Below, one piece after another: positions 26,081 to 54,216 of a stretch of DNA of 57,599 nucleotides. Where the stretch lies: positions 262,030 through 319,628 of the forward strand of contig JAWQFM010000025.1 in assembly GCA_033442325.1 (NCBI GenBank). The letters are read 5' to 3'. A program made the position numbers and the translations under genes. How positions within the stretch are numbered: position 1 is the stretch's first letter; each line of letters begins with the position of its first letter. Under the pieces are notes generated by a model, which was not told where the DNA came from, searched no databases, and saw only the letters and a list, made by a program, of their open reading frames with translations. Origin of the DNA: Salpingoeca rosetta (lineage: Eukaryota; Protista; Choanoflagellata).

Positions 26081-26994
26081 CAGGGAGGAGTTTGCTTGTT
26101 TTAGGGGCGGTCGCATATGGTTGTGGGTGTTGCTTGGTTTTGTGTTCTTTGCATGCGTGCTTGTTCTGCTGGACGCATACTTTGTTTTGCTTGCCGTGTT
26201 TGGCTGTTTGCTTCCCTTGCCCTTCGTTGATGTTACCTTACTTGTTTGCTCCAACGATGCTTGTTATGTTGAACCACAGCACTGTGTCTGTGTTCGCATG
26301 TTGGTATCGGTTATGTTACACTCACATGAACCATGACAGTTGCGGTTCATGGACTGCGAGGTGCTGTGCACACAAGCGCTTGCTGTCACACGGAGAGAGA
26401 CAGACAGACAGAGAGAGACAGACAGACAGAGAGGGAGAGACAGGGAGAGACAGAGGCAGGGATATACAGACACACACACACACACATTCATCTGTGGTGA
26501 CGATGCCTGCCTCCTTGACATGAGGTCATTTCACACCCTTCTTTTGCACTGCATGATGAAGTTGAAGTGCAACACAGCAAAACTTTGCCCTCCGCCATCC
26601 ACATTGTGTGCAGTGTGCCGTGTGTGCTCTGTCCTTGTTGGTCCAGTGATGAGCTGTTGAAGGAAGGCTGGAAGGAAGGAAGGATGAAATGATGGATGGA
26701 TGGATGGATGCGTTTCAACGTGCTTCCTTCCCACAACACACACACGACGGTGAACTTGCGTGGCTGGAAATCCAATGCATGCTGCCCAACAATCGTCCAC
26801 AACCACAACCCACAAACAAAAACAACAAACGAACAACCAAACAATCCTGTCTTCTCTTCTCTTGGTGCTGCGCCTGTGCCGCGAACAGACACGCGAACGA
26901 GGAAGGACTGAAGGAGGAAGGCACACCTACCTTCTGCTCTTCTCCTCTTCTCCTCTTCTCCTCTTCTTCTCCTCTCCTCTTCTTCTCTGCTGGT

Positions 26995-28296
26995 ATGGTG
27001 AGGACGATTGGATGCCTGCAGGCACGTGGGAAGCTGGTGCTGCTCCCCGTGCTGGTGGTGGCGGTGGCAGTGTGCTCGATGCCGTTCATCAGCAGCGTTG
27101 TTGGAGAGGTGACGCTGGTGGAGGATGATGCGGGTGCGTTTCACATCAACACGAGCGATCCCATGAGCCAAACCGTGTTCGTGAATGGGGTGAATGTGCA
27201 CGAGACGCTCAGCACGCTCATGAGTACTGTGTCCGTGCAGCAGAGCATCAACGCCGCGCAGCAAAGCATGATCGATGCACAACAGAGCGCAATCAATGCC
27301 CAGCAGAGGGCGATTGATCGTGTCCGTGGTGAAGTGTGCTTCCCGAGCGCTACGCCGGTTGGCCAGCTTGGTTCACAAGGTGGAAAGTGGTTTGGAGGCG
27401 TATTGGCGAACAACGACCTGATCTACGCGGCCCCTTGGAACTCCCCTTCTGTGCTCATCATCGACCCCAGCACCAACACACTCGACACGACCACGATCTC
27501 CGGACTGGGAACGGACAAATACAAGTGGGCGGGTGCTGTGTTGGCACACAACGGCCTCATTTACATGTTCCCTTCCGACCGGGAGACGATGCTCATAATC
27601 GACCCAGACACCAACGCCGTTGACACCACAAGCATCCAATCACTTGGCTCAACCAGTTACAAGTGGTACAGTGGCGTGGTGGCAAGCAACGGCCTCATCT
27701 TCGGCATCCCATTCTATGCCACTACCGTGTTGATCATCGTGCCAGAGACCAACACAGCCGATATCACGACGTTATCCGGGCTGTCGAGCCAGAACGCAAA
27801 ATGGTACGGCGGTGTGCAAGCAGACAAGGGCCTCATCTATTGTATTCCCCTTGCGGCTTCCTCCGTCCTCATCATCAATCCAGAGTCACTGACGATGGAC
27901 CTCACTACCATCAGCAACCTAGGCGTCAACGGCAAGTGGAGGGGCGGCGTGCTTGCAAACAACGGTCTCATCCACACCATCCCAGCGCTCTCTGCGACGA
28001 CACTCGTCATCAACCCCGCCACGAACGCCACTGATGAGCTTGTTGTTGCAGATGTTACAGGCTCTTCAAAATGGATTGGCGGTGCGCTAGCACCCAACGG
28101 CAACATCATCGGGATCCCATATTTTTCGCGGTCTGTCCTCATCTTCGATCCAGCCACCAACACCGCTGACACCACAACACTCAGCCAGCTTGAAGCGGGC
28201 GGCACATGGTACAATGGCGTCCTCGCTCCGAATGGTCTCGTCTACGGTATCCCAGCCTCTGCACAGTCTGTCCTCGTCATCGACCCGGGATGCTGA
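26995..28296 (+). CDS. Secreted 7-repeat beta-propeller protein, paralog 2 (subtype B), 433 aa, intronless
   Basis: Signal peptide, G|EVTLVEDDAGAFHINTS...VFVNGVN, heptads AQQSMID-AQQSAIN-AQQRAID, EVC, 7 repeats, ending VLVIDPGC. Confidence 0.88.
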   Translation: MVRTIGCLQARGKLVLLPVLVVAVAVCSMPFISSVVGEVTLVEDDAGAFHINTSDPMSQTVFVNGVNVHETLSTLMSTVSVQQSINAAQQSMIDAQQSAINAQQRAIDRVRGEVCFPSATPVGQLGSQGGKWFGGVLANNDLIYAAPWNSPSVLIIDPSTNTLDTTTISGLGTDKYKWAGAVLAHNGLIYMFPSDRETMLIIDPDTNAVDTTSIQSLGSTSYKWYSGVVASNGLIFGIPFYATTVLIIVPETNTADITTLSGLSSQNAKWYGGVQADKGLIYCIPLAASSVLIINPESLTMDLTTISNLGVNGKWRGGVLANNGLIHTIPALSATTLVINPATNATDELVVADVTGSSKWIGGALAPNGNIIGIPYFSRSVLIFDPATNTADTTTLSQLEAGGTWYNGVLAPNGLVYGIPASAQSVLVIDPGC

Positions 28297-28856
28297 GATG
28301 TTTGCATGTGTGTTTGTGTGTGTTTGTGCATGTTCGTGCATTCGTTGAACACTGCGTGTCCTTGTTGTATCTCTTTCGATCTTCTAACTTTCCCCCATCA
28401 ACCAATATTCCTTTCTTCAATCCCTGTGACAGCCTCCTGTGCACCTGACGCTGCTCATCGTTCTTTTACTTCCAATTGAAACGACTCAACCCTCAACCGA
28501 GCACATGCATTGCAATGGCGGGAGAAGCTGTTCCAAAACTGTGGAACGCGTAATGTTCATGCTGGGGTTGAGGCAATCCTTCCAGGACAACAAGGTAACT
28601 ACGCTTCTTCGAGTCATCAGCCCGCAAGCCAATGAACTTTCATCCACGTGACATCGACATTGGGGGCTCAACACGGGTTCAACCACACACACCCTCTCTT
28701 CCACCCACGCGCTATACTTTCGTTGTTTACCTCACACACGTGTATCATTTAGTTCACAACAACTACCACGGTTAAGCTTGTCAGCAACTGAGTGCGAGCA
28801 TGTATTCACTCACACAAGACACGACAAAGAAGAAAAGTTAAGATGGTTCAACAGTG

Positions 28857-28949
<93 letters not shown>

Positions 28950-29415
28950 ACAGAAACGCAAATCAACAAACGTGCGCAATCCCGCACGCAAGTAAGGCTT
29001 CATTCATCCACACAAGGGGGAAAAAGAAAAGGCAACCAAACGTGAGCTTGGTTAGCTGCAAGGAATGTGTGAATGACAAACGGCGTTGTGCAGTCTTGCA
29101 CAACAACCAACAAAGAACAGGAGAAGGGGAGGCGGGTGGGGTGGAGAAGAACAAACGCAAAACAGGCCAACTGGCCAACACCACCCACTTCAAACAACTG
29201 CCCAACCCCCCGCTACACAACAACCGCTCCACTCCTCTCAAAAAAACGGAACGCTCAACACACCTAACAAACAGAACTGGAATGTGTACAAAATTGGGGA
29301 AAGAAGACAACAACCGAACTGGCGTACCAAACCAACACATCTGTCACTAGCCTAGCCAAGTCCTTCAAGAAGGCACCAGCAGCGACTGACTATAGCCAAG
29401 GCTGAGACGGATAAG

Positions 29416-40782
<11,367 letters not shown>

Positions 40783-41389
40783 GGAGCGTGAGTGAGTGGG
40801 AGAGTGCGTGTGTGTGTGCTTGTCAAACTGACACACAAAAAATGGGGAAAATTAAGAGAAGATTTACAAAATATTCTAGCCAAAAAAGCCAGCTGACTCT
40901 TCTGACAAAGCACAAATTGTGTGGTGTGAACGGTGACTCTGCACCCACCAGGCCTCACAGTGACATGACACGGTTGCTTCGCCTTTCAGGTGTTACATGA
41001 AACGCACAGTAATGGTTGCTTCATTTTGACGTGTTCGAACACACAAGCACAAACACACACACACACACACACACGAGCACAGAAAAGCACAACCACGAGA
41101 TGGTGAAGCGAAATGATTGCAGCAGCAGGTGCAACACCATCGAAAGCGGTGAAATGATGTGAGTTTCACAACTACATCATCATGTGTTGCAAGCGCGACC
41201 AGAGAACAGCTTTCCTCGCTCGCCACAGGCTGTTCACCTGCAAATCCCACGCAGGCAAGCACACAACATGAGAAACAGCCCAGCAGAAGGTGCTATTCAA
41301 ACCCCAGCCGTTTGCTCACTCATCACACCACCACTGCCAACCCAGCAACCCAACCAACCAGGCAACGCGCCAGTGCAGCAACATCACTG

Positions 41390-41638
41390 TCAACCCAAAC
41401 GCACCAAAGCTTTCGGCGAAGCTGTTGCTTCTGCTTCTCCGCTGCTGTCGTCTTGCTCCTTCCCCTCTTGCTTGTCCTCATCGCCACTGGGGCCGGCGGC
41501 GCTCGCTCGAGCAAGGGCTGCAGCAAGCAAGGCGTTGGCTGTCCTCGCACAATCCGCGGACACAACGCCGTCCTTCTCCTCACCCAAGTCCGCACAGCTC
41601 GCTGGGTCACGCAGCCGCGCAGTCAACTCATCTACATG

Positions 41639-41733
<95 letters not shown>

Positions 41734-42643
41734 GTGTGCGTGTGTGTGTGTGTGTGTTTGGAGCGAGACGGTTGGACGTCATTTGACGTCAGTATGAGGC
41801 GGTTGGAAGTGCATGCAACCAACATCGCGTCACCTCACACCATATCGCCTCCACATCGCCTCAGATCACACCATGCCATGTGGTAGCATATCACATCACA
41901 TCACATCACATCACATCACAGTACATCACATTACATCACCGCCGCCACTACAGTATCACGATCGCACCTTTGCCCATTGCGGCGACGCGTAAGGCGGCGA
42001 GCAGCTGCGGATCCAGCGGGTGTGGGAACGCATCCACATGGAAGGGGCCGGGCCTGCACATAGTGTGCGCGTGTGTGCATGTGTGTTGTGTGTGCATGAA
42101 ACTTGGTGTTGAGTCAGGTGCCGATGGTGCGCACAAAAGCAGTGAATACACATACGAAAACACACATTCACTCACACACACACACACACATACACACACA
42201 CCCTCCAACCCTCCCCTCATGCACAGATTCACATCCACGCACACGTGCATACACATGCCGTACACTTGTATGCCGAGGTTCTTGAGCAGCATGAGGCGAA
42301 CCGGTCGCGCTTCCACGTCCGCATCCACATCTGACGACGTGGCACAACACGTGGTGGCGATGTGAGTCGATGGTGGAGGGGAGGAAGAAGCAGTTGATTG
42401 TCGATGTGGGAGTGTGCGATGAGCGATGAGCGAGACAACGATAAGCATGTGAGGGCAACAAAAAGTGTGCTGAGCGGAACGAGCAGGTCGTAAGCATGCT
42501 GATGACCGCCGCTGTCATCACAGTCACATTCACAGTCACACTACGCATGTGCACACGATGGTGAACAACTGCACACAACAAACATACTCAGCAAGACATC
42601 ACCCCTCAGCAACTGCACGTGTCATTGCACACCACACCACACC

Positions 42644-42678
<35 letters not shown>

Positions 42679-42993
42679 GCGCACCGAAGATGAGGGTGGC
42701 GGTGTCGGCGGGGTGGTCGCCGTCCACGAACCCTTGGAACAGCAGCAGGTCCTCATTGGAGCGCTGGCCGTAGTTCATGCACACCTGTGCCCCTGCACGC
42801 CACGCAGGCGACGAGGGATGGGGAGGGATGGAGAGATGGGGAGAGGTGGAGAGAGGATGCACACACAATAATGGTGAGGAAGAACGGAAAAGGGGGGGGG
42901 GTTGAGATGAGATGTCGACCCAGTCAATATTGACACACACACGCGCGCGCGCGCGCAACGCCGTCATGGCCGCCGAAGGTGACAGTGACACAT

Positions 42994-43048
<55 letters not shown>

Positions 43049-43472
43049 CACATGCACAAGGGCGTGGTGCAAACCAACGAAACACATTTCAATAGGTTGG
43101 GGAAAGGTTACGACCATCAGAGAAACGAAGGGTAACACCGCAACACAGCATGCAACACGGTGTAACTCCACAGCACATCAGCCACAGCCAAAGCGACACA
43201 ATTCTGTAATGCCTGCTTACACGAACCAATCACGAATATGTGTTGTTCCACGTTACACGCGCGCACACACCTTTGCTGCATGACTCTGGTGCCTTGAAGA
43301 CCAGGGCATCGTTTTCAACGCTAAACTCAGTCGATTGCTGTTGCGTGATTGTGTGTGTGTGTGTGTGTGAGANNNNNNNNNNNNNNNNNNNNNNNNNNNN
43401 NNNNNNNNNNNNNNNNNNNNNNNNNNNNNNNNNNNNNNNNNNNNNNNNNNNNNNNNNNNNNNNNNNNNNNNN

Positions 43473-43504
<32 letters not shown>

Positions 43505-44953
43505 AGACACACACACAGACACACACACACAGACACACACACACACAGTGCCTACATCACCTCCGTCCGACCTGATGGGGATGCTGTTCTGTCTTGACAT
43601 GACGGCGCACACCGCCCACACGAAATCATCATACACAAACGACGACGGTGTCAGCGCAGCGCCACTCGTGCTGTTGCTGCCGGTTGCCTCGACGCTGTTG
43701 CTGCTGGTTGCCTCAACGCTGGTGCTGCTGGCGTTCTTCGTGCCTTTCTTGCCACCCTTCTTGCCGTTGTTCTTCTTCTTGTTCTTGGCAGCAGTGGTCT
43801 GTGTGTCTTGCTTGGCCGGGCGCAGAGCACCCTCCTGCGCAGAGAAGGTGGGGATGGCGGCGAGTTGGCAATGGTTGGCAATGGTTGGCAGCAGCGAGAG
43901 AATGAGTGCTCGACTAACTCATGCAAGTACGCACACACACACACACACACAACACAACACAACACACAGCACACAACCCAGCACAACCCAGCACACACAC
44001 ACACACACACACACAATACAGCACAACCCAGCACAACCCAGCACAACACAACACAACACAACACAACACACCACAACACACAGCACATCACACACAATAC
44101 AACACAACACAACACAACACACCACAACACCACAACACAACACAGCACAACACACACCACAATGCGTGTGTAGAGGTAGCAGTATTGGCGGGCGACGTTG
44201 CGGTAGAGGCGCAAAACGCGAGCAAAGAGCGGCAGTCCGCGCAGGCGAGCAATATCGCGCTCGCTCCACGTCATCGGCAGCGGAAAAGACGACGGCAGCG
44301 TCGCAATGTACGCCCGGTACGGCGACGCACTATGTGTGTGTGTGTGTGTGTATGTGTGTGTGTGCGTGTGTGCGATGTCAATCCTGAGCAGTCAGTGAAC
44401 AAGGCTGTCGTTTGACGGTGTCACGAACACCAGCAGCCACACCCAAGCCACCGCTCTCCCTCCCCCCCGTCTCCCTCTCACACTCAAGATACGCACGGGT
44501 CATTGAGCTCGGCAAGGAGGTGGACGGCCAGCGCCAGATTTGGCATTGCTGACAGCATCTAAGAATAGGTCACGATGAATGGCGGTGAACAGGAATAGAG
44601 CAAGCCGCAGTGACGTGGCAGCGACGTGTTAGATGCGTTGCCACGTGCAGTGGCGGTGTCACGGGAGCGGGGTGTGCCACGAATACAGTTGGAGGGAAAG
44701 AAATTGTCCACGTGGAGGTGTGCACGAACGCGGCATACACAATACACAACACACACGCACACACGCACACACAACACAACACAACACAACACACAACACA
44801 CACACAACACAATACACGCATACCGGGTCGGAGGTGACGAAGCTGCCAATTTTGCTGCAGGATGCTGCTGTCACCTCTGACAGCATGCATCTGCAAGTCG
44901 ACAGCACGTGGTCAGATGTGGGAACGTGCACGGTGAACGGACCCAGTGCACTC

Positions 44954-44990
<37 letters not shown>

Positions 44991-45830
44991 ATATGTTCAC
45001 TGACTTTGAAGGGATCTGCAGCAGCGTCTCGCCCACTTCCGTGGTCTCCGTCGCAAAGAGGCCGTTGCCCATCCCTGCGCCACTCACGCCAACTTCAACC
45101 TATGGCAGTGGCAACAGTACACGCTTGAGTGCTGGAAGCACACGCACACGTTCGACAATGTTCACATGGGCTACACTGCAGCGTGGATGTGTCAATGCCC
45201 GCAATCACACACTCCATCACACACACACACACTCACCCGCACACACACACACACTCAATCACACACACTCACTCACTCAATCACACACACTCACTCACTC
45301 ACCACCCCCCCCCCCCCACACACACACACACACACCTTTTGGATGATCGCCCCCTCAGCTCGCAGCCACGCCTCGAGGGTGGTAAAGTCCGATGTGCCTG
45401 CTGCATCTCGGGCGATGCCAGTGCCCTGCTTCCGCCTCAGCCGCTGAACCAGTTCCCTGACCTTCAGGTGGTCCTCCCACAGCTCGTCATCGCTCGCATT
45501 CGGCTCCAAAGGCTCGCGAACCACTAACACAACAGTCAACGTGGGTGAGGCCTTGAGTCATGCATGCAAGGTCCTGAACGAAGATGCATGCATGACACAT
45601 CTGCGTTTGACGGCAAGCACGCGCAAGCTTTTTCAAACGCCATCAACGAATGAAAAGAAGAGAAAACTCAAACGAAGGCACGCGAACAAGCGATCCAAGC
45701 AGACAAACAACAAGCCTACAGCGGTAACGGCAGCCACCGCGGCACCATCGTCGACATCGACATCACTCAACATCGCCATCATCACGCACCACACGCACCA
45801 ACCTGCGTACAGTTGCGCGATGGCAGCCAT
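41390..45830 (-). CDS. SETD3: SETD3-like SET domain (actin histidine) methyltransferase, multi-exon; 3' end approximate
   Basis: ELWEDHLKVRELVQRLRRKQG, LEAWLRAEGA, GNGLFATE...GETLLQIP, MLSAMPNLALAVHLLAE, YRAYIATLPSSF...YRNVARQYCYLY, YDDFVWAVCAVMSRQNSIP, QVCMNYGQRSNEDLLLFQGFV, LDPQLLAALRV are colinear with remembered SETD3 motifs. The expected P..DM.NH exon is absent and probably lies in the gap at 43373-43472. Confidence 0.8.
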
Positions 45831-45969
45831 GTTGTGTCTTTTTGTGTGTCACTTGTCGACGCAAAAATAACCACTGCAATTTGCAACGCGCAGCCACTGC
45901 AATTGGCAAAAAGACAGCAAGCAGCACCGCAAAGATAAGAAGCAAGCAGGAAGCCTGCTCTCCTGCACG
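45831..45969. promoter_or_regulatory. Putative compact bidirectional promoter (SETD3-like / LRR kinase)
   Basis: 139 bp between the two inferred divergent ATGs. Confidence 0.55.
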
Positions 45970-50039
<4,070 letters not shown>

Positions 50040-50471
50040 TTGTGTGTGTGTGTGTGTGTGTGCATTCGCGTGCACCTTTCGTCTCCTGCCCCAGTTGTTG
50101 TTTGTTTCCGCCGCCTTCATGATACCATCCATACCCGCGGTGCATCGTTCTGTTTCTTTGGCTGCTTTCTGGTTTTGTTACCGTTTTCTGTTGCAGAAGG
50201 CACATGCCATCAATAGCGAATAAAATGAAGGCCGCTGCGCCCAAACCAGCACATGAAGAAAGGGTAAGGAGCAGGAGCAAACACGTGAACACGTGAACAC
50301 GCGAGCGTTTGAATCAGAAAGCCGCTCCAAACGAGGAATGAGCAAGGAGGCGCAACACTACGCGCATGAAGAAGCGCGCACACTTGCAAAGTGCACACGT
50401 ACACGCACATGCACACATCTTCCCCCCCCCCCACATACATACCCCCACACACATACTTCCACCACCACCCA

Positions 50472-50547
<76 letters not shown>

Positions 50548-50550
50548 CCG

Positions 50551-51795
50551 TCAGCAGCCCGGGTCGATGATGAGGACGTCAGTAGAGATGAGCCCGTTGC
50601 CTGCAAGCACGCCATCATGCCATTTGATGCTGCCGGCCGATGCAGGGAGCGAGGTGGTGTCGGAGGTGTTGGCTGTCGGGTGGACGATGAGGACAGATTC
50701 CGCGGACAAAGGGATGCCAAAGATGCGACCGTCTGGCGCCAACACGCCTCCAAGCCACTTGAAGTCGTTGCCTGGGAGGCCGGTGATGGTCGTTTTATCG
50801 GCTGTGTTGGTGGCGGGGTTGATGACAAGAACGGTCGTCTCGCTTGCCGGGATGCCGTAGATGAGGCCGTTGCCTGCAAGCACGGTGCCGTACCACTTGC
50901 TGAAGCCTGTCAATCCGGCAATTGACGTGGTGTCGGCCGTGTTGGTGGCCGGGTCGATGATGAGGACAGCCTCCGAGTTGTGTGGGACGCTGTAGATGAG
51001 GTTGTTGTCTGCCAGCACGCCGCCGTACCAATTGCAGCAGGAATCCCCCGGTGGCGGGATGGACGTGGTGTCTGTCGTGTTGTTGGCCGGGTCGACGATG
51101 AGGACAGGCGACACCCCCCAGGGAATGCCGTAGATGAGCCCATTGCTCGCCACAACGCCACTTCTCCACTTGCCGCCCCCTTCTCCAGAGGACAACCCGC
51201 CAAGGGTGCTTGTGTCCACGGTGTTGGCGCGTGGGTCGATGATGAGCACGGAGGTGGCGCTTTCGGGAAACCCGTAGATGAGGCCGTTGTCCGCAAGCAC
51301 GCCACCGGCCCACTTGCTACCTGCCTCAGGCAGGCCCGAGATGGATGTTGTGTCGGCGGTGTTGGTGGCGGGGTCGATGATGAGCACCGAGCCAGAGACA
51401 TAGGGGATGCCGTAGATGAGGCCGTTGCTGGCCAGAACACCGCCAATCCAGTCGCTTCTTGCGGTGCCGACGCCTGCGATTGTTGTGGCGTCAGCGCGAG
51501 GCGGTACCCCGATGGCGCACAGGCGCGAGTTGAGGATGTCGTTTCTCGCCTCCTGCTCAGCAAGCGCCCTTGCCTGTGCCGAAAATGAGGCTCGGAGCGT
51601 TGCCAGCTCCTCCACCACGTCCACGCCGTTCACGAACACTGTTTGAAGTGCAGGCTCGCTGGTGTTGATGTGCAGCGCGCCGTGGTCGTCCTCCATCATC
51701 ACCACCTCGCCGTGCAGTCGCGGGACGGTGAGTGTGAGCGTGAGGAATGTTAGAAGGAGGGTGGTGGTGGGGAGGTTTGGAGGACGCGGTGTCAT
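50551..51795 (-). CDS. Secreted 7-repeat beta-propeller protein, paralog 3 (subtype A), 414 aa, intronless
   Basis: Signal peptide, G|EVVMMEDDHGALHINTS...VFVNGVD, coiled coil, Cys, 7 repeats (last one with a 6-aa deletion), ending IIDPGC. Confidence 0.88.
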   Translation of the reverse strand: MTPRPPNLPTTTLLLTFLTLTLTVPRLHGEVVMMEDDHGALHINTSEPALQTVFVNGVDVVEELATLRASFSAQARALAEQEARNDILNSRLCAIGVPPRADATTIAGVGTARSDWIGGVLASNGLIYGIPYVSGSVLIIDPATNTADTTSISGLPEAGSKWAGGVLADNGLIYGFPESATSVLIIDPRANTVDTSTLGGLSSGEGGGKWRSGVVASNGLIYGIPWGVSPVLIVDPANNTTDTTSIPPPGDSCCNWYGGVLADNNLIYSVPHNSEAVLIIDPATNTADTTSIAGLTGFSKWYGTVLAGNGLIYGIPASETTVLVINPATNTADKTTITGLPGNDFKWLGGVLAPDGRIFGIPLSAESVLIVHPTANTSDTTSLPASAGSIKWHDGVLAGNGLISTDVLIIDPGC

Positions 51796-51809
51796 GTTGT
51801 GCGTGTGGT

Positions 51810-51992
<183 letters not shown>

Positions 51993-52409
51993 TCGTTGGT
52001 AGTTGTCCTTGTGTGGTTGGTCGTGGAGCATTTGTGAATGATTTGTTTCAACTTTCTACAATCATCAACCCACTTCGAGCACGACTTCTTCTTTGATTTG
52101 AGCCATCACCGAACATGCAACAAGCGTTTGGAGGGACCAGGACCGTTGTTAGGTTGTTCCATGTTATAGCGGTTGAAACCAAGGCAGGGAAAGGCAACAA
52201 GTGAGAGGCTGTGCAAGAAGGGCGGTGTAGAAACGAGATGCAAAGAGGGGGCTCCTACAAGCGCAAAACCGCAGCAGCATGGTGGAAAGAACCCAGCGAA
52301 ACGAGGGAGCTTAAGGGTCAGGGAATCGTACCAGGTGCCAAGATCACGTGGATTGCATGTATCGGAGGAATTAACGGCAGAGGTTGGGAACACGTGCAGT
52401 GCGCTTACG

Positions 52410-52479
<70 letters not shown>

Positions 52480-52613
52480 AAGACGCACACACACACACAC
52501 ACACAAAGACGCGCACACACACACAAAGACGCACACACACACACACGCACGCACACACACACACACACACACACAACAACGCGCACACACACACACACAC
52601 ACACACAAAGACG

Positions 52614-52675
<62 letters not shown>

Positions 52676-52691
52676 CACGCACACACATCCA

Positions 52692-53948
52692 TCAGCAGCC
52701 CGGGTCGATGATGAGGACGTGCTCGTGGTTGAAGGGAATGGCGTAGATGAGGCCGTTGTCTGCAAGCACGCCGTCAAACCACTTGCTGCTGCCCTCTGTC
52801 ACGGGAAGCGACGTGATGTCGACCGTGTTCGTGGCCGGGTCGATGATGAGCACGGATGAGGCAGAGTGTGGAAAGCCGATGATGCGGCCGTCCGCCACCC
52901 GTGCGCCGCCCTGCCACTTGAAGCTGTTGTCGGGGAGGTCGGTGATGGAGGTGGTGTCGGCAGCGTTGGTGGCTGGGTCGATGATGAGCACAAACGTCTC
53001 CACGTACGGGATGCAATAAATGAGCCCGTTGCTGGCGAGCACGGCGCCGCGCCAGCCACCGCCACGGCTGGCCAAGCCAACAAGGCTGGTGGTGTCTGTC
53101 GTGTTTGTGGCCGGGTCGATGATGAGCACGGCCTGCGCGTTGCTTGGCATGCAGTAGATGCGTCCGTTGCGCGCCTGCACACCGCCATACCACTTGAACG
53201 GGTCTGTTCCAACGCTGGCTATGGCCGTGGTGTCGGTGGCGTTGGTCACTGGGTCAACGATGAGGACCGAGGAGGCGGACCACGGAATGCCATAGATGAG
53301 CCCGTTGTCAGCGACAATACCGCTGATCCACTTGACCGATTCCGATGGCAGGTTCCCAAGCGTCGTTGTGTCGGTGGCGTTTGTGCTGGGGTCGATGAGG
53401 AGGACAGCCTGCGAGCTTGTTGGGAAGCCAAACACGAGGTCGTTTGCTTGCACTGCCCCCGCCCAGTGCTCACCCTCTGGGATGGTGATGGTCGTCGTGT
53501 CCACCGCCTTTGTCACTGGGTCGATGATGAGCACGAAAGCGGAGTTGTAGGGGATGCCGTAGATGAGGCCGTTGCTGGCCAGCACGCCACCAATCCAGTC
53601 TTCGCCTCCGGTGCCGACGCCAGTCAGTGTTGTGGAGTCTGCCGATGGTGGAAAGCGGCGACACAGGGCAGCCCGATTCTGCCGATCCCTCTGCTGCAGC
53701 TCCTCGTTCACGCGCCGCTGCACTGCCAGCATGCTCTCCTGTTCCTGAATCGCCCCAAACAGCTTGCCCACGTCCACGCCGTTCACGAACACGCGGTCGT
53801 TCACTGGATTGCTCGTGTTGATGTGCAGCGCGCCGTGGTCGTCCTCCATCATCACCACCTCGCCGTGCAGTCGCGGGACGGTGAGTGTGAGCGTGAGGAA
53901 TGTTAGAAGGAGGGTGAGGGTGGGGAGGTTTGGAGGACGCGGTGTCAT
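52692..53948 (-). CDS. Secreted 7-repeat beta-propeller protein, paralog 4 (subtype A), 418 aa, intronless
   Basis: ATG at 53948 (MTPRPPNL...), same architecture, ending VLIIDPGC. Confidence 0.88.
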   Translation of the reverse strand: MTPRPPNLPTLTLLLTFLTLTLTVPRLHGEVVMMEDDHGALHINTSNPVNDRVFVNGVDVGKLFGAIQEQESMLAVQRRVNEELQQRDRQNRAALCRRFPPSADSTTLTGVGTGGEDWIGGVLASNGLIYGIPYNSAFVLIIDPVTKAVDTTTITIPEGEHWAGAVQANDLVFGFPTSSQAVLLIDPSTNATDTTTLGNLPSESVKWISGIVADNGLIYGIPWSASSVLIVDPVTNATDTTAIASVGTDPFKWYGGVQARNGRIYCMPSNAQAVLIIDPATNTTDTTSLVGLASRGGGWRGAVLASNGLIYCIPYVETFVLIIDPATNAADTTSITDLPDNSFKWQGGARVADGRIIGFPHSASSVLIIDPATNTVDITSLPVTEGSSKWFDGVLADNGLIYAIPFNHEHVLIIDPGC

Positions 53949-53961
53949 GTTGTGCGTGTGG

Positions 53962-54139
<178 letters not shown>

Positions 54140-54216
54140 CTGCTCTCACTCGGCCAACAGTGGTTGTTGGCGTTTCAGGAAGAATATCCACAAATTTCAG
54201 CACAACGACGCCAACC

